Below are positions 38,234 to 46,624 of a stretch of 64,000 nucleotides of DNA, in pieces (position 1 is the first letter of the stretch; each line of letters opens with the position of its first letter). Position numbers and translations under genes: made by a program. The DNA comes from Chloroflexota bacterium (GTDB lineage: Bacteria > Chloroflexota > Anaerolineae > Anaerolineales > UBA4823): NCBI GenBank assembly GCA_012516075.1, contig JAAYXE010000075.1, positions 1,860 through 65,859 on the forward strand, in the 5' to 3' direction. Under the pieces are notes generated by a model. It was not told the origin of the DNA. It ran no database searches and was given only the letters and a program-made list of their open reading frames with translations.

Positions 38234-38683
38234 TTATAAATACTTCACCAACCGCCAGTGGTTGTCGCCCGGCGATGGGTGATAGCTGACATGATCCATC
38301 AACTGGTGAATGAGAGCCAGCCCGTATCCCCTGACCTGCAAATTGCTGGGGTCAGGAAAGGCGGCATCGGGCAGCACAAACGAACGACCTGAATCGCGCA
38401 GATCGACAGTGAAAGAACCGGGGTTCTCTGTGATTGTGAAAACAGCCCGAATCCGGCCGTCCTGCTCACCATAGGCATGCTCGAGAATATTGATGCACAG
38501 TTCATGAACGGCCAGGTGAACACGATAAGCAGCATCCTGGGCGGCTGTTAAACTCTCCTGCTGGAACAGTGCAGAGACACAGGCGCCCAGCACTTTGAGA
38601 AATGGCTGTTGGGCGGGGATATCAAGCTGAAGGCGGCAAAGGCGCCCTGTGGCCGGTGCTGTGGTATCTTTCATGCTCATCAC
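38234..38683 (-). CDS. RsbW/SpoIIAB-like serine protein kinase (GHKL, HATPase_c_2)
   Basis: 149 aa. N-box HELCINILEHAY. G1-like LRDSGRSF. G2-like RGYGLALI. 4-nt overlap with the upstream phosphatase gene. Confidence 0.75.
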   Translation of the reverse strand: MMSMKDTTAPATGRLCRLQLDIPAQQPFLKVLGACVSALFQQESLTAAQDAAYRVHLAVHELCINILEHAYGEQDGRIRAVFTITENPGSFTVDLRDSGRSFVLPDAAFPDPSNLQVRGYGLALIHQLMDHVSYHPSPGDNHWRLVKYL

Positions 38684-40200
38684 ACGCCCGTGCGTTTCAG
38701 CACAACGAGAGTCTGGTCATCGTCCGGAAGCGCACCGGCGCCGAAATCTCTGACCGCCGTATACAGGTTTTCAGCAATCTCTCTGGCCGGCAGATGCGCA
38801 AGCGATTCCAGCAGGGCCATGAGGCGCTCGTGTCCAAGCATTTCTCCGCTGGTGCTGCGCATCTCGTTGAGACCATCCGTTCCCACCACCAGCACATCTC
38901 CGATATCGAAAGGCAGAACCTGGTCACGTGTGTACGTGTCACGGAGAATTCCAACCGGTAACCCATCAGCCTGCAGCAGGCGGGCCCGGCCACTGTGGGG
39001 CAGGAAAATGACAGGAGAATGACCGGCGTTGGCATATACCAGTTCCCCACTGCCAGGCAGGATCTGGCCGACGAACAGGGTGGCAAACCTGCCCAGAGAA
39101 GAGAGATCGTCGTACAGGGCTTCATTAGCGTGGCAGATCACCCCGGCCGGGGTGGCGCTGTCCTGGTGGTTCAAATCGGTGCGAATGACACTGCGCGCCA
39201 TCGCCATCAGCAGGGCAGCCGGGACACCTTTTCCCGAAACATCACATACCACGAAGGTAAACACCCCGTTCTGTGCTGCGATAAAGTCGTAGAAATCCCC
39301 ACCCACCTGAGAGGCCGGCTGGGAAGCTGCCCACAGATCAAAGCCCGGCGCTGCCTGTACCATCTCTGGCAGCAGGCTTACCTGCACCTGGTGAGCCAGA
39401 TCCATCTCGGTGCGCAGCCGCACCAGTTCTACGTTGGCTGCCACCATGCGCACGTTTTCCACACTTGCGCCGGCAAAGCGAGCTACCGTCTGCAGCATTT
39501 TGATATCCGACGACATGAACTCACCGCCCGGACGATCTGCGGCCCCTATGGCGGCAAACGGCACCCCGGCGACCTGCACCGGCACGATCAGCAGGTTATT
39601 CAACCCAATCGTATTGCGCGGGTCATTTCTATGAATGGAGACAAACGGGCTGCTCCCCTGTTCCAACTCGGCCAGCACATGCTGCAGGCCGGCAGGGCCA
39701 TCCCAACCCTCCGGACTGCAGGCCGTATGCACGTTTCCATTTGGAAGGCGCAGGAAAAAGAAAGCTTTTTCCGCATTCACCAGAGCGGCGGCCTGCGAGG
39801 TCAGCAGGTCCATCGTCTGCTCAAGGGTGATACTGCTGCGCAGCACCTGGGTCAGTTCGTACAACGCGACCAGTTGGTCGCGGGCTTCAACCAGTTCCTC
39901 GGTGAGGCTGTTCAGATCCCGGTTCAGCGGGATTAACGCTGAAATCAAGCCGGCATCGGCGGCCAGGCGCTCCCGGGTCCCTGGCGTGTCGATCCCGACC
40001 ACGCGCAGTTCACCGACCACCTGGTGGTCTACGATAAGCGGGGCAGCAACCACCTTTCCCGGGGGAGTGTTCTCCTGAGGCCAGGCAGCCTGAAGCCGGC
40101 GCCCCTCCCACAAAGAGACCTGCGCAGCGCCTCGAGCCAGCCACGACTGCGCCAGGGCATTGATCTGGGGGCGATATGATTCCAGAACGGAAGCCAGCAT
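38680..40200 (-). CDS. GAF-domain PP2C (SpoIIE/RsbU-type) serine phosphatase
   Basis: ORF 38680..40311. The ATG at 40200 (MLASVLE..) lies 2 nt past the STAS gene stop. Central GAF-like region. C-terminal PPM motifs GGDFYDF, VCDVSGKGVPAAL, NAGHSP, GTDGL, DDQTLVVLKR. Confidence 0.8.
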   Translation of the reverse strand: MLASVLESYRPQINALAQSWLARGAAQVSLWEGRRLQAAWPQENTPPGKVVAAPLIVDHQVVGELRVVGIDTPGTRERLAADAGLISALIPLNRDLNSLTEELVEARDQLVALYELTQVLRSSITLEQTMDLLTSQAAALVNAEKAFFFLRLPNGNVHTACSPEGWDGPAGLQHVLAELEQGSSPFVSIHRNDPRNTIGLNNLLIVPVQVAGVPFAAIGAADRPGGEFMSSDIKMLQTVARFAGASVENVRMVAANVELVRLRTEMDLAHQVQVSLLPEMVQAAPGFDLWAASQPASQVGGDFYDFIAAQNGVFTFVVCDVSGKGVPAALLMAMARSVIRTDLNHQDSATPAGVICHANEALYDDLSSLGRFATLFVGQILPGSGELVYANAGHSPVIFLPHSGRARLLQADGLPVGILRDTYTRDQVLPFDIGDVLVVGTDGLNEMRSTSGEMLGHERLMALLESLAHLPAREIAENLYTAVRDFGAGALPDDDQTLVVLKRTGV

Positions 40201-40202
40201 CT

Positions 40203-40592
40203 TCAACTCCGGAAGGAACGGATGGCTTCTTCCTCTGAGAGGAAGATCTCGAATACACTGTCCAGGCGGGTCAGTTCGAAAATAATCCTGACCTGCTGCT
40301 GGATTTCGCATAAACGCACATCGCCGTTCAGCGCCTGTGCCCGCTTCTTCCCCAGCACGAGGGTAGACAGTGCCGTTGAATCGAGAAAGGTTACGCCGCT
40401 TAAATTCACCACCACAAAGGCCGGCGGCTTGCTGGCCGCAGTTTCAAGCCATTCGCGCGCCGGCATGTGACTGGTAACATCAAAATTGCCGGCGAGCCGC
40501 AGAATCTGTATTTGACCAACGGTGGAGGTGCTGTCAATCAGTCCACCATCCATTACCGGTCTGGTTTCAGGGGAATAAGGATTTAATGCCAT
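40203..40592 (-). CDS. STAS-domain protein (anti-sigma-factor antagonist family, RsbV/SpoIIAA/SypA-like)
   Basis: 129 aa. ..FVVVNLSGVTFLDSTALSTLVLG.. keeps the phosphorylatable Ser of the DS[ST]G-type motif. Confidence 0.8.
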   Translation of the reverse strand: MALNPYSPETRPVMDGGLIDSTSTVGQIQILRLAGNFDVTSHMPAREWLETAASKPPAFVVVNLSGVTFLDSTALSTLVLGKKRAQALNGDVRLCEIQQQVRIIFELTRLDSVFEIFLSEEEAIRSFRS

Positions 40593-42211
40593 ACTCTACG
40601 CCACCATACCTGAGGAGTCTGTGAAAGGATTTTCAAGTCTTCCTGCCAGGAGCGCATTACAACGTAATACACATCTGCGATGAGGATCTCCTCCAGCTCG
40701 CTTTTACCCGCTGCCTGGGTGTACCACAGCCCGGTGATGCCCGGGCGGCAGTCATTGCGCTTTTCCTGCCAGGCTTCGACAATTTTTTCCGCTTCGGTCG
40801 GCGACAGGGGTTTTACGCCCACCAGGTTGAGATCGCCGCGCAGCACGTTGATCAGTTCCGGCAGCCGGTGCCATTCGAGTTTCTCCAGGAGCCTGCCCAT
40901 TTTTGTCAGGCAGCCGTGGTCATCTCGAGTGGCAAACTGGTAAAGATTGAAAGCAGTCTGCTCCGCGTTATGTCCCCATACAACCGGGACGCCGTAAAAA
41001 ACCCGTCCGCTGGTTAACCACAGCAGCAGAGCGAGGGGGAGGGTCAGGGGCAGCGTGACCAGCAGTAAGAGCAGCGCCAGGCCGGCGTCGAAAATTCGCT
41101 TCAGCCCCCTCTCTGTAAAGGCTGCCGGCACCCGGCTCAACAGAAAGTCATCCGCTATTTGAATGCTGCTGGATGTACGGACGTCGATTACCTGATTCTG
41201 CTGCACCACACGATCCTGAAGGCGCACATACTGTCCAACATAGGTATGGTCCAGAATAGTGCTGCAGCGTACGGTCGCCCCCTGATCGATGACCACATTG
41301 GAACCGACCACAGTATACGGCCCTAATTCAACGCCTTTTCCAATACGGGAATTCTGCCCGATATAAACGGGAGGGATGATCTGCGCCTCGGGATGGATGG
41401 AGGAGCCGTTTCCAATCCACACCCCTTTCATCGCCTGACGCGCTTTATACAGCGCATAACGAGGCAGCGCTGAATTGTCCCGGCCTCTACCCGACTGGTA
41501 AAAATGCGCCAGGAAGGCCTCCTGTGCCTGCTGGTACTCTTTCAACGTCCCAAGCAAATTGCAGTAGCCTTCTTCGAAGTGCGCTCTGACTTTCCACCCG
41601 TTCTGAACCAGTGCCGTCAGCAGATCCTGGTGAATATCAAACTTCGTCCGCGCCGGGATGAAATCCAGGACCTGCGGATCCAGCAGGTAGACACCGGTAT
41701 CAACCCATCCCGCCGGGCCGGATAGCAGTTCCAGGCCAGTGACAAAGCCCTGATCATCCACTGCCAGGCGATTGCCATCGTCCCCGTTCACCCTGCTCAC
41801 GACAACCGTCGCACAGGCCCCACTGCTGATGTGTTCATCCAGCAGCTTCTCGAGATCAAAGTCAATGATCGCATCCGCTGGGACAACCAGGAACGGACTG
41901 CGCAGCCGCGAGGCAGCCAGCTTCAACACCCCGGCGGATCCCCACGGCTCGCGTTGAAGGACATATTCCAGCTCCACCCCCCAGCGGCGCCCCGAACCAA
42001 AATACGCCTCAATAGAGCCGCCGAAGGCATACAAACCGACCAGATACTTCTTTATCCCCTGCCGGGCGAGCAGTTCCAGTGGATAGGTCATTACCGGCTG
42101 GTTCAACACTGGAACCATCGCCGAAGGGAGGTTTTCCGTCAGCGGATACAGCTTCCGGGATTCTCCGGAAGCCTGCAGAAAAACCGGCAGTTCCCCTACG
42201 GATGGCATCAT
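40583..42211 (-). CDS. fusion protein: NTP-transferase-like + LbH + TM + monotopic phosphoglycosyl-transferase-like domain (catalytic motifs degenerate)
   Basis: 542 aa. The N-terminal nucleotidyltransferase fold has ASGESRKLYPLT in place of GGxGTRLxPLT. LbH repeats (IGQNSRIGKGVELGPYTVVGSNVVIDQGATV). TM helix. Bac_transf-like C-terminus has WHRLPELINVLRGDLNLVGVKP instead of [21 protein letters not shown], and PGITGLW. Confidence 0.65.
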   Translation of the reverse strand: MMPSVGELPVFLQASGESRKLYPLTENLPSAMVPVLNQPVMTYPLELLARQGIKKYLVGLYAFGGSIEAYFGSGRRWGVELEYVLQREPWGSAGVLKLAASRLRSPFLVVPADAIIDFDLEKLLDEHISSGACATVVVSRVNGDDGNRLAVDDQGFVTGLELLSGPAGWVDTGVYLLDPQVLDFIPARTKFDIHQDLLTALVQNGWKVRAHFEEGYCNLLGTLKEYQQAQEAFLAHFYQSGRGRDNSALPRYALYKARQAMKGVWIGNGSSIHPEAQIIPPVYIGQNSRIGKGVELGPYTVVGSNVVIDQGATVRCSTILDHTYVGQYVRLQDRVVQQNQVIDVRTSSSIQIADDFLLSRVPAAFTERGLKRIFDAGLALLLLLVTLPLTLPLALLLWLTSGRVFYGVPVVWGHNAEQTAFNLYQFATRDDHGCLTKMGRLLEKLEWHRLPELINVLRGDLNLVGVKPLSPTEAEKIVEAWQEKRNDCRPGITGLWYTQAAGKSELEEILIADVYYVVMRSWQEDLKILSQTPQVWWRRVWH

Positions 42212-42215
42212 CGTG

Positions 42216-43661
42216 TCACCCCTGAGCGGCAGCCGAGGTCAGGTTATCGTACAGGGCCAGCAGGCGGTGAAAATTCGCCATGGTGATCACCTGCATGACG
42301 TCTTTCGAACAGCCGCTCACGCGCAGCTCGCCGCCCGCTTCACGCGCCAGCCGGGTCATCGTAGCCAGGGCCGCCAGACCTGCGCTGGTAATGAAATCCG
42401 TTGTCGACAGATCCAGGATCACAAACGGTGATCGCTGTAGAGCCTGCTGGCAGTCTGCAATGACCTGGGACGCCGTGCCGGCGTCGAAAAAGCGCGGTCC
42501 GGTGAGCAGCACCCAGCGCCCGTGATCTCGCACGGTGCTGGTCGTGTCCGATTTGGTCTGTACCTCACCTGCGCAGCTCGTCTCTGTCCGCAGCAGGGTA
42601 TCCAGCTTAAGAAAAGCGAGCGACTTTTGAATTCGGGCCGGTACTGCCCGCAGGGCCAGGGATCCGTCCCGCTGGCGGATGATCCTGGCGAGTTCCACCA
42701 GCGTACCCAGGGCAGAGCTGTCCAGATGCTGCGCGGCGTTAAGATCGATCACCAGGTGAACAGTACGGTCGAGAGCCTGCTCTGCCAGTTCCCAGAAGCG
42801 CTGGCAGTGTTCGGCCGCCATGCTTCCCCCGATCGACAGGACGGCTGTGTCCCCTTCCATCTTTAGGTCAAGCGAGAAAGGTTGGCCCGAGTCGGAAGCT
42901 CCCCGGCGCATCTGCAGCCACTGACAGGCGAACAGAAAAGTGAATGCACCCAGATCAACCGCATAGCGGCGCCACAGGCGGCCGGGTTCCTGTATCAACC
43001 GGTACAGCCACTCCAGACCGTTCTTCTGCATCCACAGCGGGGCGCGCCTGGTGGTGCCGGTGATGAAGTCCAGGGTTCCGCCAACTCCCATCATCAGCGG
43101 AACGCCCAGCTGGTGAGCATACATACCCATCCACTTTTCCTGCTTGGGGTTGCCGAACGCGATGAGCAGAACGTCCGGCCGGGCGGCACGGATCTTCTCC
43201 GGAATAGACTCATCCATCTCCAGCACGGGTCTGTAAGGCGGGGAGTAGAAGCCGGCAATGCGCAGGGTCGGGTGACGTTCCTGAAGGATATGCGCCGCAC
43301 GCGCGGCCACCCCGGGCGCTGCTCCCAGCAAATAAATGGAATAACCCTTTTGCGCCGCCCGGGCAGCAAACCTGGGTACCAGATCAGCCCCTGCCACACG
43401 CTCTTCGATGTGCCCTCCCAGCAAACGCGCTCCCCAGACCACAGGCATTCCGTCCGCAGTTGCCAGATCGGCGTTCTGGAGCAGGTAGCGCAGCTCCGGG
43501 TCCTGACGGGCCTTAACGACAAAATCGGCATTAACGGTCACCACCTGAAACGTTCTACCGGTCGCACGGCCCTGCTGGACAAACGCTTCCATGCGCTTCA
43601 GGGTCGCTTCCATATTCAGATTGTCAACAGGCGTACCGAGAATGACGATCAGGTTTCGCAC
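42216..43661 (-). CDS. WecG/TagA/CpsF-family (GT26) glycosyltransferase fused to two C-terminal STAS domains
   Basis: 481 aa. GT26 part: ILGTPVDNLNMEATL...VVTVNADFVVKARQDPELRYLLQNADLATADGMPVVWGARLLG...FGNPKQEKW. STAS-1: ..LVIDLNAAQHLDSSALGTLVELARI.. STAS-2: ..FVILDLSTTDFITSAGLAALATMTRL.. Confidence 0.75.
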   Translation of the reverse strand: MRNLIVILGTPVDNLNMEATLKRMEAFVQQGRATGRTFQVVTVNADFVVKARQDPELRYLLQNADLATADGMPVVWGARLLGGHIEERVAGADLVPRFAARAAQKGYSIYLLGAAPGVAARAAHILQERHPTLRIAGFYSPPYRPVLEMDESIPEKIRAARPDVLLIAFGNPKQEKWMGMYAHQLGVPLMMGVGGTLDFITGTTRRAPLWMQKNGLEWLYRLIQEPGRLWRRYAVDLGAFTFLFACQWLQMRRGASDSGQPFSLDLKMEGDTAVLSIGGSMAAEHCQRFWELAEQALDRTVHLVIDLNAAQHLDSSALGTLVELARIIRQRDGSLALRAVPARIQKSLAFLKLDTLLRTETSCAGEVQTKSDTTSTVRDHGRWVLLTGPRFFDAGTASQVIADCQQALQRSPFVILDLSTTDFITSAGLAALATMTRLAREAGGELRVSGCSKDVMQVITMANFHRLLALYDNLTSAAAQG

Positions 43662-43753
43662 CAGACCTACCCTTTCCCATCCCCCACAACCGTCTCATGT
43701 AATGCAGCGGGTTCGCAGCCGCTGTATTACCCCCGAAAAACAATATATTTAAT

Positions 43754-44605
43754 TTAATATGCTCCCTTGCCAGTGATCACGGCGGGGATGGTCTTGATGA
43801 GGATCTCAATGTCTTTGAGCAGGCTTTGCTCCTGAATGTACTGCAGATCCAGTTCAACCCAGCGCTGGAAGGAAAGGTCGCTGCGGCCGGAAACCTGCTG
43901 CAGCCCGGTGATTCCGGGTACGGCATCCAGGCGAGCAAAGGTATCGAAATCGTACTGACTCACCTCAGCGGGAACCGGCGGCCGCGGTCCCACCAGGCTC
44001 ATGTTGCCCTCGATCACATTGAAAAGCTGCGGCAGCTCATCGATGCTCAGCTTACGGATCAGCCGCCCTACACGGGTCACGCGTGGATCTTGACGGATCT
44101 TGAACACCACCTTATCGGCCTCATTCATGTCCATCAACTCTTGTTTGCGCGCCTCGGCATCCACATCCATGGAACGAAACTTATAGCAGTCGAACTCCTT
44201 TCCCCACTTCCCCACGCGCTTCTGGCGAAAAATCACAGGCCCAGGGGAATCGAGCTTGATGGCGAGCGCAGTGATCGCCATCACCGGCAGGGCAAAGGGA
44301 AGAAGTCCCAGCGCCAGGATCAGGTCCAGACATCGCTTGAGATTATTTTTGATTTTGATGCGGATGACCCAGGTCAGGAGCAGCAGACGGATGCGCTGCC
44401 GGGAAAGGCCTTTATTAAACGCCTGTTGGGCATGGATTTCGACCATTCGAGCTGTTTTTTCAGCCTCGGTCAGCACCACCCTCGGGGCGTACACATCCGT
44501 ATTGTTACCTGCTTTTAGCTGATCAACCCCGCTAAAACGGTAACTACCGGTATATGGACGGAACTTATTTCCGTCGGGCAGTGGTTTTGAACGAAGCACT
44601 TGCAT
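43754..44605 (-). CDS. canonical monotopic phosphoglycosyl transferase (undecaprenyl-phosphate sugar-phosphate transferase, EpsL/PglC/WbaP-C type)
   Basis: 283 aa. ..[30 protein letters not shown]...[38 protein letters not shown]...[12 protein letters not shown]. Confidence 0.85.
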   Translation of the reverse strand: MQVLRSKPLPDGNKFRPYTGSYRFSGVDQLKAGNNTDVYAPRVVLTEAEKTARMVEIHAQQAFNKGLSRQRIRLLLLTWVIRIKIKNNLKRCLDLILALGLLPFALPVMAITALAIKLDSPGPVIFRQKRVGKWGKEFDCYKFRSMDVDAEARKQELMDMNEADKVVFKIRQDPRVTRVGRLIRKLSIDELPQLFNVIEGNMSLVGPRPPVPAEVSQYDFDTFARLDAVPGITGLQQVSGRSDLSFQRWVELDLQYIQEQSLLKDIEILIKTIPAVITGKGAY

Positions 44606-44608
44606 TGA

Positions 44609-45877
44609 TTACCCCTCATTTCTCGTCGTTCGAACCCATTCTTGCTGGCTGTGACCAAGATACACTCCCAGCACCTGTTTAACTTTCCACAGTACGAATA
44701 GCGGTACAAAGATGAAGGCCCGGTAGATTTCTCTGGGCGCCTTCACCATCTGCAATCCCGAGAAAACATAGAATGCCATCCCACCGGCCACACCCGCGCT
44801 CAGAATCAGATTGGTGCGCCCCAGCCAGAGCAGAAGCGGACTGCCGCCGGGCAGGAACCCGAGAGCGCTGCCAGCAAACAGGAGAACCGCAGCCAGCAGA
44901 TCCAGCCCGGCGAACAATGCCAGGATGGAAAATGGTGGGATGACATGTTCCACCAGTGCATCCAGATAAAGGACAGACCCGCGCAGGTCCCTTTTCAGCA
45001 GTGAAAGCCAGAATTTGCGCGCCAGATGGGGAACATAACGGCGGGCCATCTCCACCCGCCCGCTCTCCCAGCGATCATGCTGCGACTTCGACCGGCTCAG
45101 GTTGTCCGGCATCTGACCCTGCACGACTGCATCTGGGACGAAGATCACCCTTTCGCCAGCCAGCAGCAGCTTCATATGCTGTTCGATATCCTCTGTGACG
45201 GATGCAGACCAGGGGAAGCGGCGCAGCAGATCTGTGGCAAAGATCATGCCGTTGCCCTTTAACCCGGCCGATCCTCCCAGCACCATCCTCCCCAGCGGGC
45301 GCAGGTAATGCAGCCCAGCGAGAGCGATGTAGCGAATGCTCTCCGGCCCTGAACCCAGCGGACTGCGCACAGTGTAGTAAGCCTGCAGCACACGACTTCC
45401 CTGAGTTAGATAAAAATCTGCAGCAGCCAGGAAGTTCGTGGAAACTACCGAATCGGCGTCCAGGATCACCACCGCATCATCGTTGGACGTCTTCAAAAGT
45501 TTGTCGAGCGCCCACTGCAGAGCATATCCCTTGCCCCGCTTTTCGAGGTCCGTCCGCTGGTGGACGACTGCGCCCATCTGCTGTGCAACCAGCGCCGTCT
45601 GGTCCGTACAGTTATCCGCGATCACATGTACAGAGAAATGGTCGGCCGGATAATCGAGATCCGCCAGGTTTCTCAGCAAAACAGGCAGCAGTTTTTCCTC
45701 ATTGTGGGCGGGAATGAGGATGAGGAACTTGCTGCGCGACTTGCCCTGCTCTACCCGGCGCTTCCTCCCTGCCGCTTTCCAGGCTGCAAACGTCAGCAGA
45801 ACCAGATACCCAACCGGCAGGAGCAAGCCGGTTTGGAACAGGAGCAGTAAGCCTTGCAGCCAGGTAAAAAACACCAT
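44609..45877 (-). CDS. membrane-embedded GT2 with processive-synthase-type motifs (D, DxD, TED, QxxRW)
   Basis: 422 aa. N- and C-terminal TM segments. ILIPAHNEE, VVILDADS, SVTEDIE, QHDRWESG. First gene of the operon. Confidence 0.75.
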   Translation of the reverse strand: MVFFTWLQGLLLLFQTGLLLPVGYLVLLTFAAWKAAGRKRRVEQGKSRSKFLILIPAHNEEKLLPVLLRNLADLDYPADHFSVHVIADNCTDQTALVAQQMGAVVHQRTDLEKRGKGYALQWALDKLLKTSNDDAVVILDADSVVSTNFLAAADFYLTQGSRVLQAYYTVRSPLGSGPESIRYIALAGLHYLRPLGRMVLGGSAGLKGNGMIFATDLLRRFPWSASVTEDIEQHMKLLLAGERVIFVPDAVVQGQMPDNLSRSKSQHDRWESGRVEMARRYVPHLARKFWLSLLKRDLRGSVLYLDALVEHVIPPFSILALFAGLDLLAAVLLFAGSALGFLPGGSPLLLWLGRTNLILSAGVAGGMAFYVFSGLQMVKAPREIYRAFIFVPLFVLWKVKQVLGVYLGHSQQEWVRTTRNEG

Positions 45878-45970
45878 TTCCCCTTCTACACCCAGATCGA
45901 TATCTGAAAAAACGTACGTTCACCAGGCATGCTCCGCCCTTTCGACATTATTATGGGTCGAACTGTAACG

Positions 45971-45980
45971 CACGGATAAT
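45971..45980 (+). repeat. CACGGATAAT decamer, copy 1 (upstream region of the polysaccharide operon)
   Basis: Exact 10-mer read directly in the sequence. Intergenic. Confidence 0.6.
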
Positions 45981-46028
45981 ATGGGCAGAGGTCCGGTTAC
46001 CGGTTGAAAAAATAAACCGCTAAAGCGC

Positions 46029-46388
46029 TTACGAATCCGCCGGATCGTGTGGCTGCTCCTGTAGTATGGCAGCGATCAGATCGGCCTTACAGGAAACCGT
46101 GATCTCTGACTTTTGATAGATATGCAGCACATTCCTGTGCATATCCAGGGTCATGATCGGGAGATCAGGGTGTTCTTCGATCAGGTCGAGTACAAAGGGA
46201 CGATCGGCCAGCAGCAAACTTTGATCCACGATGAGCATATCAGGACGGAACCGGTTCAGCTCACTGGCCAGCCTGTTACTGGCCGCATAAGCGATTCCCT
46301 TGACGACAAGCCCCTGCACCTCGGCCAGCAGGCTTTCTACGCCTAAAGAGAGCAATCGATTCCCGTGAATGATTAGAATCCGTTTCAC
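46029..46388 (-). CDS. receiver-like (pseudo-receiver?) single-domain protein
   Basis: ORF 46029..46481. A GTG at 46388 (VKRILIIHGN...) gives a 119 aa REC-like fold. The acidic pair is replaced by HGN. A candidate acceptor Asp is retained in DMLIVDQS. The start is uncertain. Confidence 0.45.
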   Translation of the reverse strand: MKRILIIHGNRLLSLGVESLLAEVQGLVVKGIAYAASNRLASELNRFRPDMLIVDQSLLLADRPFVLDLIEEHPDLPIMTLDMHRNVLHIYQKSEITVSCKADLIAAILQEQPHDPADS

Positions 46389-46518
46389 GCCTGATCCCCA
46401 ATCCCCCGGTTTGAAGATTAAGAAAGCAAACTGTAGCAATATTACGCCAGGTGAGCCTGCACTGCTATCGCCCGGTATCACCCTGCCCGGGTTAAAAAAA
46501 GGACGATCTTATCCTATC

Positions 46519-46528
46519 CACGGATAAT
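46519..46528 (+). repeat. CACGGATAAT decamer, copy 2 (within the palindrome ACGGATAATCCGT)
   Basis: Exact 10-mer. Intergenic, between the receiver-like gene and the NarL-type regulator gene. Confidence 0.6.
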
Positions 46529-46624
46529 CCGTAGATAAACCTGTGCCGAAAAAGATGTACTACTTTCGAAAACAGTTCACCTGGCCGTTTTATCCCCGCA
46601 GCCAGGACATGGAAAACTTATCTG

